NCBI GenBank assembly: GCA_905178155.1
Contig: CAJINV010000007.1
Span: forward strand, 1,124,627-1,188,626
Length of the DNA stretch: 64,000 bases
Source of the DNA: Amoebophrya sp. A120
Taxonomy: Eukaryota > Protista > Dinoflagellata
Reading direction: 5' to 3'
In this document: in pieces, positions 46,395 through 58,112 of the stretch
Numbering within the stretch: the stretch's first letter is position 1
How the letters are laid out: each line of letters begins with the position of its first letter
Notes under the pieces: generated by a model
What the model was told of the DNA's origin: nothing
What the model saw: only the letters and a program-made list of their open reading frames with translations
The model's database searches: none
Program-made: the position numbers and the translations under genes

Positions 46395-48451
46395 TTTGCC
46401 ACTTTGTCTTTGCGTGCTAATATCGTGTTGTTAGAAATGGCCAAACCGATCTCAAAAAGCACGAGACAAGCTCTCAGCCCCCAAGTAAACGAAAAAAGAA
46501 AGCCTCGCGTTGCATCAGCAGAACTTGCTCTCTTGTTCCCATCCCTCGTCCCAAGGTCCCGCGCGCTCTCTTTCCACGCCCAATCAAAGAGCCGCCACCC
46601 TCCCCTCCTGCAAGGCTCTGACCCTTTGCTTTCTTGCTTCCCTTCGGGGAACGGTGGCCTGCTATTAGAACAGAACAGAAAGAGATCCTTAATAAAAAAT
46701 GTATGGCGCTTAGAGGCGCTTTCACTCCTATCGGCGATCGGCGCCATTCATTGCCACCACCCCATGGCCCTTCATATAGGAGCAGAATGCCCTTTGTTGC
46801 AAGTAAGAAAGTCGCAATAGACTGGCTACGCAGATGACAAGAGAAAGAGCGACACTGGCTGCCACTAAGCCGGGGCATTTCGCGACCAGTTGCGCCCAAA
46901 CACCCGCCCCGGGCTGCACAGGCATACAACCAGCGGCCCCCGGAGTGGCCGTCTATGCAAACGCGCGCGCGCCCGCGCGCCCACCCGCCCACCCGCGAAG
47001 ACTGCGCATGGCCGGCAAGCGGCCTCAGTCGCGATAGGGCCCCGCGGGGCCCCCTCTCTCGTGGGTCTTCCAAGCGGGCCGCGGCGCCTGCTGCCGCACG
47101 TGCTGCGCGAGGGCCGGCGGGGGGGCCAACGATTGCAGGGCGCCTGTTTCATGAATAGCGTCGCAATAGCTGGCAATCGGATTACCAGCGGGCGGCTGTT
47201 TGCGCGACGGCAACACTTTTTCAGCAAGGGCACTGCTCTGGAAGTGGTACCAAATAGCATCCCCTTGGCAGTTCGATGATGGTGCGGCCTAACGCCCGGC
47301 AGTCTTGGCCTTTGGCAAACTTTACGAATGCCGGCGAAAGGCCGGCGAGAAAGGGGGGCGCGCCGCTTCGCAAGCGGGCGCGGGGTTTCCCTCGATGCGC
47401 CGGCCCCGCCCGCTCCAACCTTCGGCCCGCCGCCGATCTGAAAACATCCGCAGACCTGTCCCGCTCAATGCTCCCGGGGGCCCCCCAACAATTTCCCCGC
47501 CTGGGGCAATACGGCCGCAATGCTCCCGGGGGTCTTTGTTAGTCGGGCCCCTACCAAGCTCCTTGGCCGAATCCGCTGCCCACTTCAGGCCCACCGCCAG
47601 GGCTATGGGGCAGATGCGCCGGCATCGCGTTGCATTTTTCCGGCGTTGCCAGCAGCCCCCCCCCCCGCTGCTTTCCTTCTAGGGCGCTGGCTTTTCGCCC
47701 GACGTTCTTGCAAGATACCGCGCACGCGGCCAGAAGGGGCAGAACGCTGGCGAAGCGCTCCCGCCTTTCGTTTCCGGCTTCGAAGCGCGCCGGGCGTTTC
47801 TGGAGGTGCATCCCAAAAGCGCCGGGCCGTGCCGCCGCAATCTCGCGGCAAGGGAGCGAACGCCCCGCCCGGCAGGAATGCCGTGGCCGCATCCGGCCCG
47901 GAATAAGCACACAGCACCGGGGAGAAGCCCGCAAACAACTGCGCGCACCCTCTCAATCTTTCAGGCGCATAGTCAGAAAAAAAGGGAGAACTCTTCTCGC
48001 CCCCGGTCCTTTTCTCGCTCTCTCTCTGTTTTCAGAAAAGGCGTGAAGCCGTGGCACTGTACGTAGAATCAGGAACAAAGGTCGCCCGCTCTGCAACAAA
48101 AGTCAGGCTCGGTTCGTTGCGGTCTAGCTGTACGTATCCAAAAGAAGCGAGCTTTAATGGACGAGGTATTCTTTGAGTCGTCAACGTCGTCGTGCACTTG
48201 TTTTCATTGAACTAGAGCCGAAAGAACTGGCTCAGTCATTCGCAAACATGGATGTTTTGATGGGGTGCAGCGCGCTAGTAAAGCCAAAGTATTCGTAAAT
48301 GACGCGACTCTCGCGAACAACAAACGATAAAGAACTCAAATAGAAGGAAAAGAACTACTAAACCAGAATAATCTACAGGGGATCTCCTCCACGAAAAGGT
48401 GCGCAGCTAAAACTTCTGCAAATCTTCTATCTCTTGATGTGGCCCCCACTC

Positions 48452-50276
48452 TCAAAACCACTTCTTGTTTTTCCCGTCCCAATACAGGTGGTTCTTCCCG
48501 TCTCCCACCATCTGCCCCTTTTCCAGCGGGTACTCTTTCAGCAACACCGCCGCCGCGCACTCCTTGTATTGGTACGCGTTTCGGCTGCTGCTCTCGTACT
48601 CGCCCTTCTTGGTCAGTCTATCAATCAGCGGATTCTCCTCCGACGCGTGCTTGGCCCGGGTGCACTGCTCGCGCCGCTGGTCCCCCTCCCACTGCTGGAA
48701 GTCCTGCTTCGACAGCGCGTCGCCGGTGAAGGGCAGCGGTTTTCGCTTTGGAACTTCTTGCCTTGGCAGGGGCTTCGCGAGCTCCTTCTTGTCGAAATCC
48801 GTCTGGTTGGTGGTTACCCACTGCCCCTTGTGGGTGTCCCAGAACTCCCCCCCGGGACTCATGGGGCACAGCTGTCTCTTCGCGTCGCGCGCTTCGTCCG
48901 GGGAGAACTCGCGGAGCTGGGCGCTGGCCTCCGAAGTACCCTGGAAGGGCAAAGGTTTTCGCCGGGGCGGCGGGGGGGAAAAAGTCGGCTTCGCCATCTC
49001 CTTCTCGGTAAATTGGTTCAAATACTCGCTCCCGTAGTCCCCGTGCGCGTGGAGCCGCTGCGTCAACGGGTTGTCGTCGGAGGTCTTTTTCGCGCGGGAG
49101 CACTGCTCGCGCCGTGCGTCGGTTTCCCAGTTCGGGAAATCCTGCTTTGAAAGGGCTTGGCCTGATGTGATATTAAAGATTTTCTATTCCAAACAGTATT
49201 CATAATTCTGATCCAAGAAGAACATGTGTACCTACCCGCGGCTTTGAAAATGAACCACGAGTCGTGGACATCATGTAAGAAAAATCCCCTACTGAGAAGC
49301 GTCGACATCACGACTCTTCAATGCCACAATTCAGGAGAAAAATCTATCAGAAGCTAAAGTCAGAACCTGCTATGAAACAAATTACTTCAAAGTCAAACAT
49401 GCCCCTAAAAATTGGTGCGTCTGCCAAAAACCCAATACCTGTGAATGGCAGCGGCTTCCGCATTTTTGGTGGTTCTTGGAAACTTCGTTTCTCCAGCGGT
49501 TTCGGGTCAAAGTCCTGTTGCGCGGTGGTCTTGTAGTCGTTGCTGTTGCCGTCCCAAAAGTTGCCCCCGTCGTGCAGCGGGCACGGTTTCCGGAGCGCCA
49601 TCTTGGCCTCGTCGGGGGAGAACTCGCGGTGCTGCGCGTGGTTCTCGGACTCGCCCTTGAACGGAAGGGGTTTTCGCTGCTTCACCGGCGGTGGCGGGTC
49701 CCGCTTCTCCAAAGGCCACTGCCGGTAATCCTCCTTTTGCGTGCTGTCCGCCGTCATCTTGCCTTGCGCAAGGGGGTAATCTGCCGACTCGCGCATCGCA
49801 TTCACGTCGCCTGCATTTTGCGGCAGTGATCGTATTTTCATTCGTAGGAGTAAGTAGGGAAGGAATTTCTCATACTTACAACTGAAGCTGCTGCAAGATA
49901 GAAGTAAGTAAAAGTAAGTAAGTATGCGTAGACAGCTTCGCGAATCAATTGCCGAAAAAAAACCTTCAAACAAAAAATATGCAAAGCAACACACCACCAG
50001 ATACGCATGTAAACAATGATCAATACCTCGTCGCAGCGCGTTTCTTCTCTCGTCCGGATCGAAATCTCGGAAGTTTGCGCTCTCTGGGTTGCCGTTGAAA
50101 GGCAGCGGCTTCCGCATCTGCCGTGGGGGGCGCGGCGACTGGTGGAGCCCGCAGGTGCAGAGGTCTTCCAGCGTTGGGTTGTCCGCTTCGTTGCTCTCCA
50201 GCGGCTGCCCCTCCGCGTCGTGCCGCCGGGCATGCCGGTCCTGCGGGGACAGTTCGCGGATACGCGCGTTCGTCAT
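48452..50276 (-). CDS. SAXO/FAM154 (STOP-domain)-like microtubule-stabilising repeat protein
   Basis: N-terminal LCTCGLH; repeated TTxQxDF / STQKEDY motifs and five RKPLPFxG repeats; two GT-AG introns. Confidence 0.7.
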
Positions 50277-51280
50277 TTTGATTCGCGGGGCAGCAAGTCG
50301 TGGTTATTTATTGAATGTATGATCAATAAATTTAGCGTAACTTCAACTTAAAACGTCGTGAAGGCAAAGGTTCGGAGTAATAAATCATGCGGAAATAATG
50401 GGGTAAGCTTCTCCACGGGGTGGTCGTGTCCCTGCAATGAAAAAGTAGGGGGGAATAGTTTTTGCTCCGACCGCTTTGCGCGTGATGAAAAATATCGGAA
50501 CAGTGAACTTTGACCAGAACGAAGACGATCGTTTTTTCGAGAAAAAAACCTTCCGGACAACGAAATAACGGGACGACAGAACGAAAAAAGACCACAATTG
50601 GCTGTACGAAAAAAAGCTACAGAGACGAACGAGGCTAAGACTGTCATTGTGCATCATAATGCCTAGTTCACAGAACAACCGACAGTCATCGATGGCATTT
50701 CAATCGTGACCGTGACCAACAACCGAGATGCAGGTTGCTGTGATCGTGATACATGGTATCATAAATGGAAAATACAAAACCGATCTCATTATATTTCTTT
50801 CGAAACATAGATGTTTCTGCACCGACAACACTCTTGCGTAAAAATCTTACTCCTATTCGTCAACCTAGCGAGCGATGGACGCTGCAAAACTGAACCGATA
50901 GAACCTGTTACTTCTGCACACCGACAAAAGTCACGGGCAGCTGACAAAGAAACGAGAACCGATCATCAAGCGCCGGCTGCTGCACAAGCGAAACAACACG
51001 CAGGTAGTTCTTCTGCAGCGATTAAATCATCCGCAGGAAGCTGCACGGATCCAAATTGCCGCAAGTAAAGGCTTACTGGTTCTCGATCTGGTTGCAAAAA
51101 AAATGTGAGGTTGAACATTACAGGTTGAAAAATACGCTGTGGCCTATTTCGCTATAATCTTCAAAACTCCGCTATACACTGACATCCGGCTGCATGCGAA
51201 CGGGCTGTCTACTTCTGGAGCAGGATAATTTTAGCTTGCACTCCGCCACGTCGGCCTATTTCAAAAATGTTCAATTATAC

Positions 51281-54200
51281 CTATTGTCTAAAAATTTTCG
51301 ACCATGTTGAGTGTCGTGGTTGTTGCGACGTTTCTATTACTTCCCCCGCATCCTCGTCTGTGCCAACTCTTTGTTCCGGCTCTCCCCCCATGGCCCTTTT
51401 TTCCAGGCTTTGCTTGGCCACAGCTTTTTTTTCCCGTCTGCGCTCCCTGCCGTGCCGTCGAGCGGAGGCGCCACCGAGAAGATTCGTGTTCTGCAATTGG
51501 GACGTTAGCATTTCTTCGCTGATGTTCTCATTGGTTGTGCTTGTCGTGTCCGCGGGCATAGCATTCTCTTCGGTAGGTTGCTTATGCAATTTCTTCAAAT
51601 CAAAACCACCGGAGGTACCAGACGATGCGTCGTCCGAACCGCTGATGGAGTGGTCGTCCACCTGCTTTTCCTCGACGTCGCTTGCATTCGAACCTCCACC
51701 CGCAAGAACAGAACCTCTACCTGTCGTCTCCCGGGGAGTCCTCGAGTAATATCCGTTTGGGTTCGCAGGATCGTAGTAGTTCATCGCCTCTAGTACTCCT
51801 CCGCCTGCTATAATTCGCGATCTGTGGTTTTCACGGTGGCCACCACGACCACCGGCACCACTGGCACTTTGCAAATAAGGGCTCTCATCCTCATCCTCGA
51901 CACAGCAGGAGTGCACCACGAACACCAACACAGTGACCAGCAGCGCAAACCCGAGCACGGCCATCAGAACGTTACACAACAGCGGACTCAGCGAGCCACA
52001 CTCCTCGAATTCGTCGCCCCCGATAAGAGCTGCTGCGGCTGCACCCGCCTGAGACAACAGCTTCGGAGCATCAGAACTGAGATTCGTCACGTTGGTACCT
52101 CCAGCGCCGATCACCAGATGAACAACCTCGATTGAAGCATTTTTTTCTTCAGATGTTGGGCCTGCTACTTCTCCAGAAGCGGATGTGGTAGTACCCGCCG
52201 GCGCTCCATCGGCGCTAGAAAGGACCTTCCTAGACATCCAGCGAATCTTCCCAGCAGCGGGGGAGGTTGCGTTTGCCGTAGTCTCGTTCGACGTGGCACG
52301 AGAAGAAAATTGGAACTCCATCTGCTGCTCGTTCCAGGGACCAAACCGCTGCCCGTGGCGTATCGAGAGGAAAGAATGTGCCCCTGCTAGAACCCCCGGT
52401 GAGCTATTCGAAAGCTGCGTAATTTGCGCTGCTAAATTCCAATTTCGAAACAGTGGAGACATTCACCAACACCTTGCAGATGCTAGCAACACAAATTTTT
52501 GGCGCAAGCTAGCGAAACTACTCTCCTTGTGCGGTTGCACAAGGAGCCAATGAGAGCTGCCATCATGCCCGAGCTGCTGGTGACCCAGCCAAGATGATTT
52601 CATGTGAAGCAAAATGACAATGAGTCCTAGTAGTTGGATGAAAAGAACAACAGCTCCCTCGCGCTCGCACTTAATAGATACAAACCTTCTAAATATGCAT
52701 CGCCAAAATTCTCACTTCTAGCGGGCGGGGCACTTCTCAAAAGTTTGATACCACTTTGCCCGTGCTGGTCGGGGGGGTACAGTTCTGGGATGGTTCGGTG
52801 TAGTTTTGGCGGCCTGGTGGTGGTGGTGGTTTGCCGTAGTATACCCCATTTTAATGCTTGTTTAAATGATGGTCGATTATACTCCTGCGCCGGGGGCAAC
52901 CGCGTCGTCGTTGATGGATTCTTCTTTTCGAATTGTGGGCCGTCCTCTCGACCGCGGAGGGGACCTTCTTCATCCGATTTTTGAGAGTCTTGACCTTCTT
53001 TGATGTTCCAAAGTCCTCTGCGGTGCTCCAGCGCGCCCCCACGATACTGATAATCATAATCCACGAGCACGGCTCCGGGTTCTTGTCCGCGATAAACCAG
53101 ACTCGCGTCCACCAGGGCTGTGCTCCAGTCGATTCCCGGCTGATTGCCCTCTCTCCGCATCGGTCGTTCGGCCCACTTTAAGGGCAGAGACGGGGAAGAT
53201 GGTATACGCTGTGCGTCGCGAGATGAACGAGAGGATGAAGTTGAAGAAGTAGAAGTTGTGCCACTACTAGAGGTTTTTGTACCAATCGACGTAGAAGTTG
53301 TATCACTAGTACTAGCACCTCCTCCCAGAAGTAAACCTCGTCCGCTAGTAGTTGATGTTCCACTTATTTCCTGTCGGTGGGAGGGCACGGGCATGTTCGG
53401 CCTTGGAGGTGGTGCACGGACCGAAGAGCCTGAACTTGCTGTCGGTAGTGCTGGCCGCGTGGACGAGGACGTCGTTCCTGCCTCATCAACAGCCGCTGAA
53501 TCGTTTTCAAATTCCACAACTTCTCCTGCTTCACCGCCTCGCAAATGATCAGTCCTCGCAAGCCGAACATACGGCTCGTCTACGTTCTCCAGATTCAAGT
53601 ACAGATGGTTCTTCGACGAGGATTTTTCCCATTTCGATTTTGTTCTATGCGGAAAAAACAAACCCACGTCTACTACATCGGGCGCATAGGAGATAGTATC
53701 GGAAGATGAAATTATGCTTGGGATGTTCTTGTTCTCCTCGCGTGCTGGTCGCTGTCGTTCTTCCCTTCTAGCATCACTAGTGGTCCTGTGCTGGTCCTGC
53801 ACGACGATCCTTTGGTCGTTCGATGAAACTCCGAGATGAAAAAGATCTTGTCCCACTTGATCAGGGGTCTTCCTCAGCCAATCCTCGGGGAGTAGAGGAC
53901 GAATTTGCTTGGTTTTCTTCTTTTTCCTATTGCCTTTCTTGTTCTTCTTCCGCAGGACGTCGTCGAGTGCTTTTGCTTTACTGTTCTTCTCATTTTGCTG
54001 AGTTTTGTTCTTTCCCCCATTCCCCACGGGGGTGGCTGCGGTGGTTGTTCTGGTTGTACTTCTCAAGAATTTGTGCCGCGTCGAGGCCCGTTGCTCAAGA
54101 AAAACACCCAATTTCATCTTCGTGTTTTGCTGAAAGGAAGTTGCGGCTTCTTCTTGTGCTTCTACCCGGTCCTCGTCGTGAATACCACTTCTATCCAACA

Positions 54201-54699
54201 CGGTGGTGCTTTTCTGCGGAAGATCATGATTCTCTTCAACTTCAATTTCAGCTGGTATTGCTCGTCCCTGGTTAATACTTCCTTGGTGTTCTTTTTCTGA
54301 TTTTTGCTCGTCCAGGTCTACTGTTTCATCTATCTTCGTGCGTCCATATGGTGATCTCCTTCTCCGTCTCAGAAGGCCCCTCCTTCCTTTCTCGACGTCC
54401 ACACGACTTATACCAGCGCCTTTAGTTTCGTGTGCAAAGCCAGCTGCTCGTGTGGGTAACGACCCTGGTGCCGTACTAGCAGTTAGTTCTGAAGACGCGC
54501 TGGCAGCCCTTGACGTTTCTCCACCGCTGCCTGTAGTTGTTCCTGTTGCAAAAACAAAACTAGAATGGTCGCTCCGGACGTCGTAGCAGACAAGCAAAAA
54601 TGCCAATAAGGAGAAGGCCTTGGAAAGACATAAGAAATGCAACATCTTTTTACCGCCCACAGCAATGCGGGAACAAGATGCACTGTACCTTGTAGTCAT
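51281..54699 (-). CDS. hypothetical type-I membrane protein
   Basis: signal-like leader in ORF 52627..54699; GT-AG intron (GAA G/GTTTG ... TTTAGCAG) joins ORF 51281..52462, which has one TM helix (LLCNVLMAVLGFALLVTVLVFVV). Confidence 0.65.
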
Positions 54700-56058
54700 G
54701 GGAAAAAACTTCTTGCTCTGAACAACTCAGAACATATATGTGGTGCGATAAATTCAAAAAAAATAAAACATACATTTCCAATTTTAGCTCGTCAAAGCGG
54801 GTGCGAACTGTTCTATTCGACGTATGTAAGGGGGGTACGGTCGTCGTGTCATCTCCAAAGCACAAACTAACTGCTTGAATTTCCTACGTCGAGACTGGGG
54901 CTGGGTAGAGAAATAAAAATGGGTTCCTGTAATCATGCCTGTTCGAGGGAAGTGAAGCAGCGAAGCTGAAATTTGCCGAATTCAAAAAATTCTCGAGCTG
55001 TGAACTCCTGAAACTACTACTTCAGTGGGCATTCACGCAAGTAGGAAAGGCTTGGACGCACGAAACTTCACGAAATCAGCAGTACGGCGGGCGGGACGCG
55101 GGAACTTCTTTCGTCTCCCGCATGCTGGAAAACAACAACGATACTACCACTGTCACAACCACAACCGGACGCAAACGTCGACAAAGACAGTAATAAACGT
55201 GGTGCCACCGCTTCATCACAACTAAACGAAAATAGCACGAAAAGTTTACGATCGCGACAAAAAGCAAGACCCCAACAGGCACTGCAACAGCTATGTGCTA
55301 GTGATTCACTTTTAACCTCAGAGGCAATACTTTCCCCGTGCCGGCACCTCCACAGACCTAAAAATCAAGAATCAGGGAAAAACTGCTCTGATTTTCGCTT
55401 GGAAATTCCCACTGAAAATGATATCGTTACCCATGCGCGTTCGGCTGAAACCGTCACCGTGACGGAAAGAAAAAGATAATTTTTTGGTAGCAAAAGCACA
55501 TCCATCGCGGTGCGTAATAGAGAAACAAACTATTGTAATATACTGCGGTAAGCGATCTTTCGTACTTTTCCTTTGCGGATTTTTGTTTCCACAAGCTGAA
55601 AAAAAATCTGTGAAGGGAAGGGAAAGCAAACAATCGACCGCAGAAAAACAACTTCCACTTTTGACACTGAGAACATGCTATGAAAATCAACTTGACTGGG
55701 TACGTAGAGAAAGAAAAAGATCCTAAAAACTTAAAATCTACGCAAACACATGCCTGGTGAGACTGAAGAAATCCTAAGCAAGGCTGAAGGAGGACATGGC
55801 ATTTCAACACTCCTAGAATCTTCACCTTCACGCGTTGTTTCCTCCCAACATACTTTGCCGCACCGTTGCACCGTTGCCGCTGCCTCCCCGGAGAAGGGGC
55901 TGTTGAGTCGATATTTCTTTGCTTATTTTCCAAATTCTATTCGATTTAACACTAAAAGCCTACAACTACACATTCTCCTCCACAGAAGTGCCTCGACACT
56001 GACTTCTCTCACCTGCAGGTTGCTCAACACAGGAAAAGAAAAACACGAGAAAAGAACG

Positions 56059-57102
56059 TCAAGTAAAAAATACCGTGGCCGCGGAAGAAGCGTATTGCCC
56101 CGACATCATATCATCCTGGGATACACCCGCCGCCCCGCCACTCCCGGTCGCGGTGCTTTCCATACCCACACTCTGGGTCATTGCCCCGCCGGGAATGAAA
56201 ATACCGGTCATACGCGGCGCTTCCGAGGACGGCATCGACTGGCTCCCGGCCGACCGGGACTCCTTTCCAGCACGAGGTGGACCCACACTGGTACGACTCC
56301 CTTGAAGCTGGTGCACCCCCGGAACAGGCCCCTTCTGTTGCTGCAGCATCTGCAAGTCGCGCGCCACCCGTTCCTCGGCCGTCAAATGTTGGCCGCCACC
56401 ACTTTGCAGCTGCAGCCCGGCGGGACTACTGCTTGGAGAAAAAATCGGGATGCCCACACCTGCCTGTCCCTGTTCTCTGTTCTTGTGTAAGCTCACAGGC
56501 ATTTTCCCGCAGGCGCCCCACCAGGTACGGTTGTCGAAGTTGCCACTGCCGTTGAAGAGCAGTAAAATGAACGGCAGCACGTCCAGCGGCGCAATAAGGA
56601 ACCCGCCGACGCAGACCCACATGAAGAAGTTGTAAAAGTAGAGCGTGATCCACGAGAAGGCCGCGTGGTGGAGGAAAATCACGATGAAATGGTGCCAGGG
56701 GAAGTACAACCGTGCCGTCGCCACCTGCCACCACAGCAGGCAGACGCCCAGACTCAGCATGGAGAGCAGCACGAACAACCAAACCCCACCGTTCTTCCGG
56801 CCCACATCCTTCGCAAACTCCTCTGCGGGCCCCGCGATCCACTCTATGTGGTCGAAAAATCCATTGGGAAGGGACGTCGAAATGGCCGCGAAAAGGGAAA
56901 GGAGGGCCGCCAGCCCCCAGCAGACGGAGGCAATCATGGCGGTCTGTTGGATGTACATCGTGTAGTTCTTCGAACCCGCAAGCTGTTCCGCCGGGCTGTT
57001 TTTAGGTCCCGTGACTACATTGGCATCGCGGCGCCGGGTCCGCTCGTTCTCGACCTTTCGGCCGTACATGCCCCGAAATCGGTCCTCGCCTTTGATCGGC
57101 AT
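56059..57102 (-). CDS. hypothetical multi-pass membrane protein
   Basis: 347-aa ORF with about 4 hydrophobic helices and a low-complexity tail. Confidence 0.75.
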   Translation of the reverse strand: MPIKGEDRFRGMYGRKVENERTRRRDANVVTGPKNSPAEQLAGSKNYTMYIQQTAMIASVCWGLAALLSLFAAISTSLPNGFFDHIEWIAGPAEEFAKDVGRKNGGVWLFVLLSMLSLGVCLLWWQVATARLYFPWHHFIVIFLHHAAFSWITLYFYNFFMWVCVGGFLIAPLDVLPFILLLFNGSGNFDNRTWWGACGKMPVSLHKNREQGQAGVGIPIFSPSSSPAGLQLQSGGGQHLTAEERVARDLQMLQQQKGPVPGVHQLQGSRTSVGPPRAGKESRSAGSQSMPSSEAPRMTGIFIPGGAMTQSVGMESTATGSGGAAGVSQDDMMSGQYASSAATVFFT

Positions 57103-58112
57103 CTTCTTCGATCGGTCACTTTAGTACGATAGTACTTGTTTCTTTGACTCAACTAGAACTAATTCTAACTCACGCACTTTTTATGGCGCAGAGGCAACAT
57201 TCGATATCGATGTGACGAGGTGTGTATAATCATCTAAGTAGCGAAGGACAAGGTCGATGTCGCCGTCGTAGATACGTTGTATAACTCTAACTTCTACTGT
57301 GCTCTAAGAAAATAAGCAGCCGTACCAAATGGGCGGCCCCTGGGAAATATCAAGGATTTTCGGATATGTTATAACGGGGAGCTGCTACAATGTAGTTCTG
57401 CCTAAATGGCTACTTGAAGGTGTTGACTACATCGAGAGACGACTAAGAACGCACGGACGAGAACAGCCCCCAAGAAGGTTGCTTTTGACGAAAAACGAGA
57501 CACAGGAACGAAAGAGATATCAGCAAAAACGATGTGCCAGGACTCATGTACGAAAGATGGAACGATGAAACCGATAGATACGAACTAAATTAAACGAAAA
57601 TGGTTTTTGTCTTGTACGATTTTTCTTTCACGGAGACTGACACGAAAATGTTTGAGCGAGTACTGTGGTAAGTTGGAGCCACAGAACAAAATTGACACAA
57701 AAACGCTATGAACTTGATCTGAAGAACACCATCAGTACCCCTTCGGCGCGACGGACAAGAGAACGGCAAAAAGGAACCGTAGCCAAAAAAGGCAGGAAAA
57801 ATTCAAAACGTTGATTATTCCCATCCATCCTTCCATCTGCACACATCATACAGTAAAAACGCAAAAATTCTGTGTCAATCCGATTTCCTCGAGCTGCGAG
57901 CCTGCAACAATCTCATCACTTTCTTGCACTCATGACGTTCCAACAAAAATCCGCGCGTTGCATTCTCCACCACCAGCACGTGCTTCTTCGAGGAGTCCAT
58001 CTTTTGCTAAATTCAGGAGCGACGTCGTAAAAATCAGGTATTACTAAAAACTTGTTCGAAAATATACTGAAAGAGACCACAGAGCAGCTGTCAACATCGG
58101 AACGCTTCTCCT

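Noticed and set aside
46830-48050. rRNA/ITS fragment
   Set aside because: No conserved rRNA signature recognised
57777-57795. ccgtagcca resembling the start of the dinoflagellate spliced leader
   Set aside because: Only 9 nt match, the following TTTTGGCTCAAG is absent, and it is on the non-coding strand
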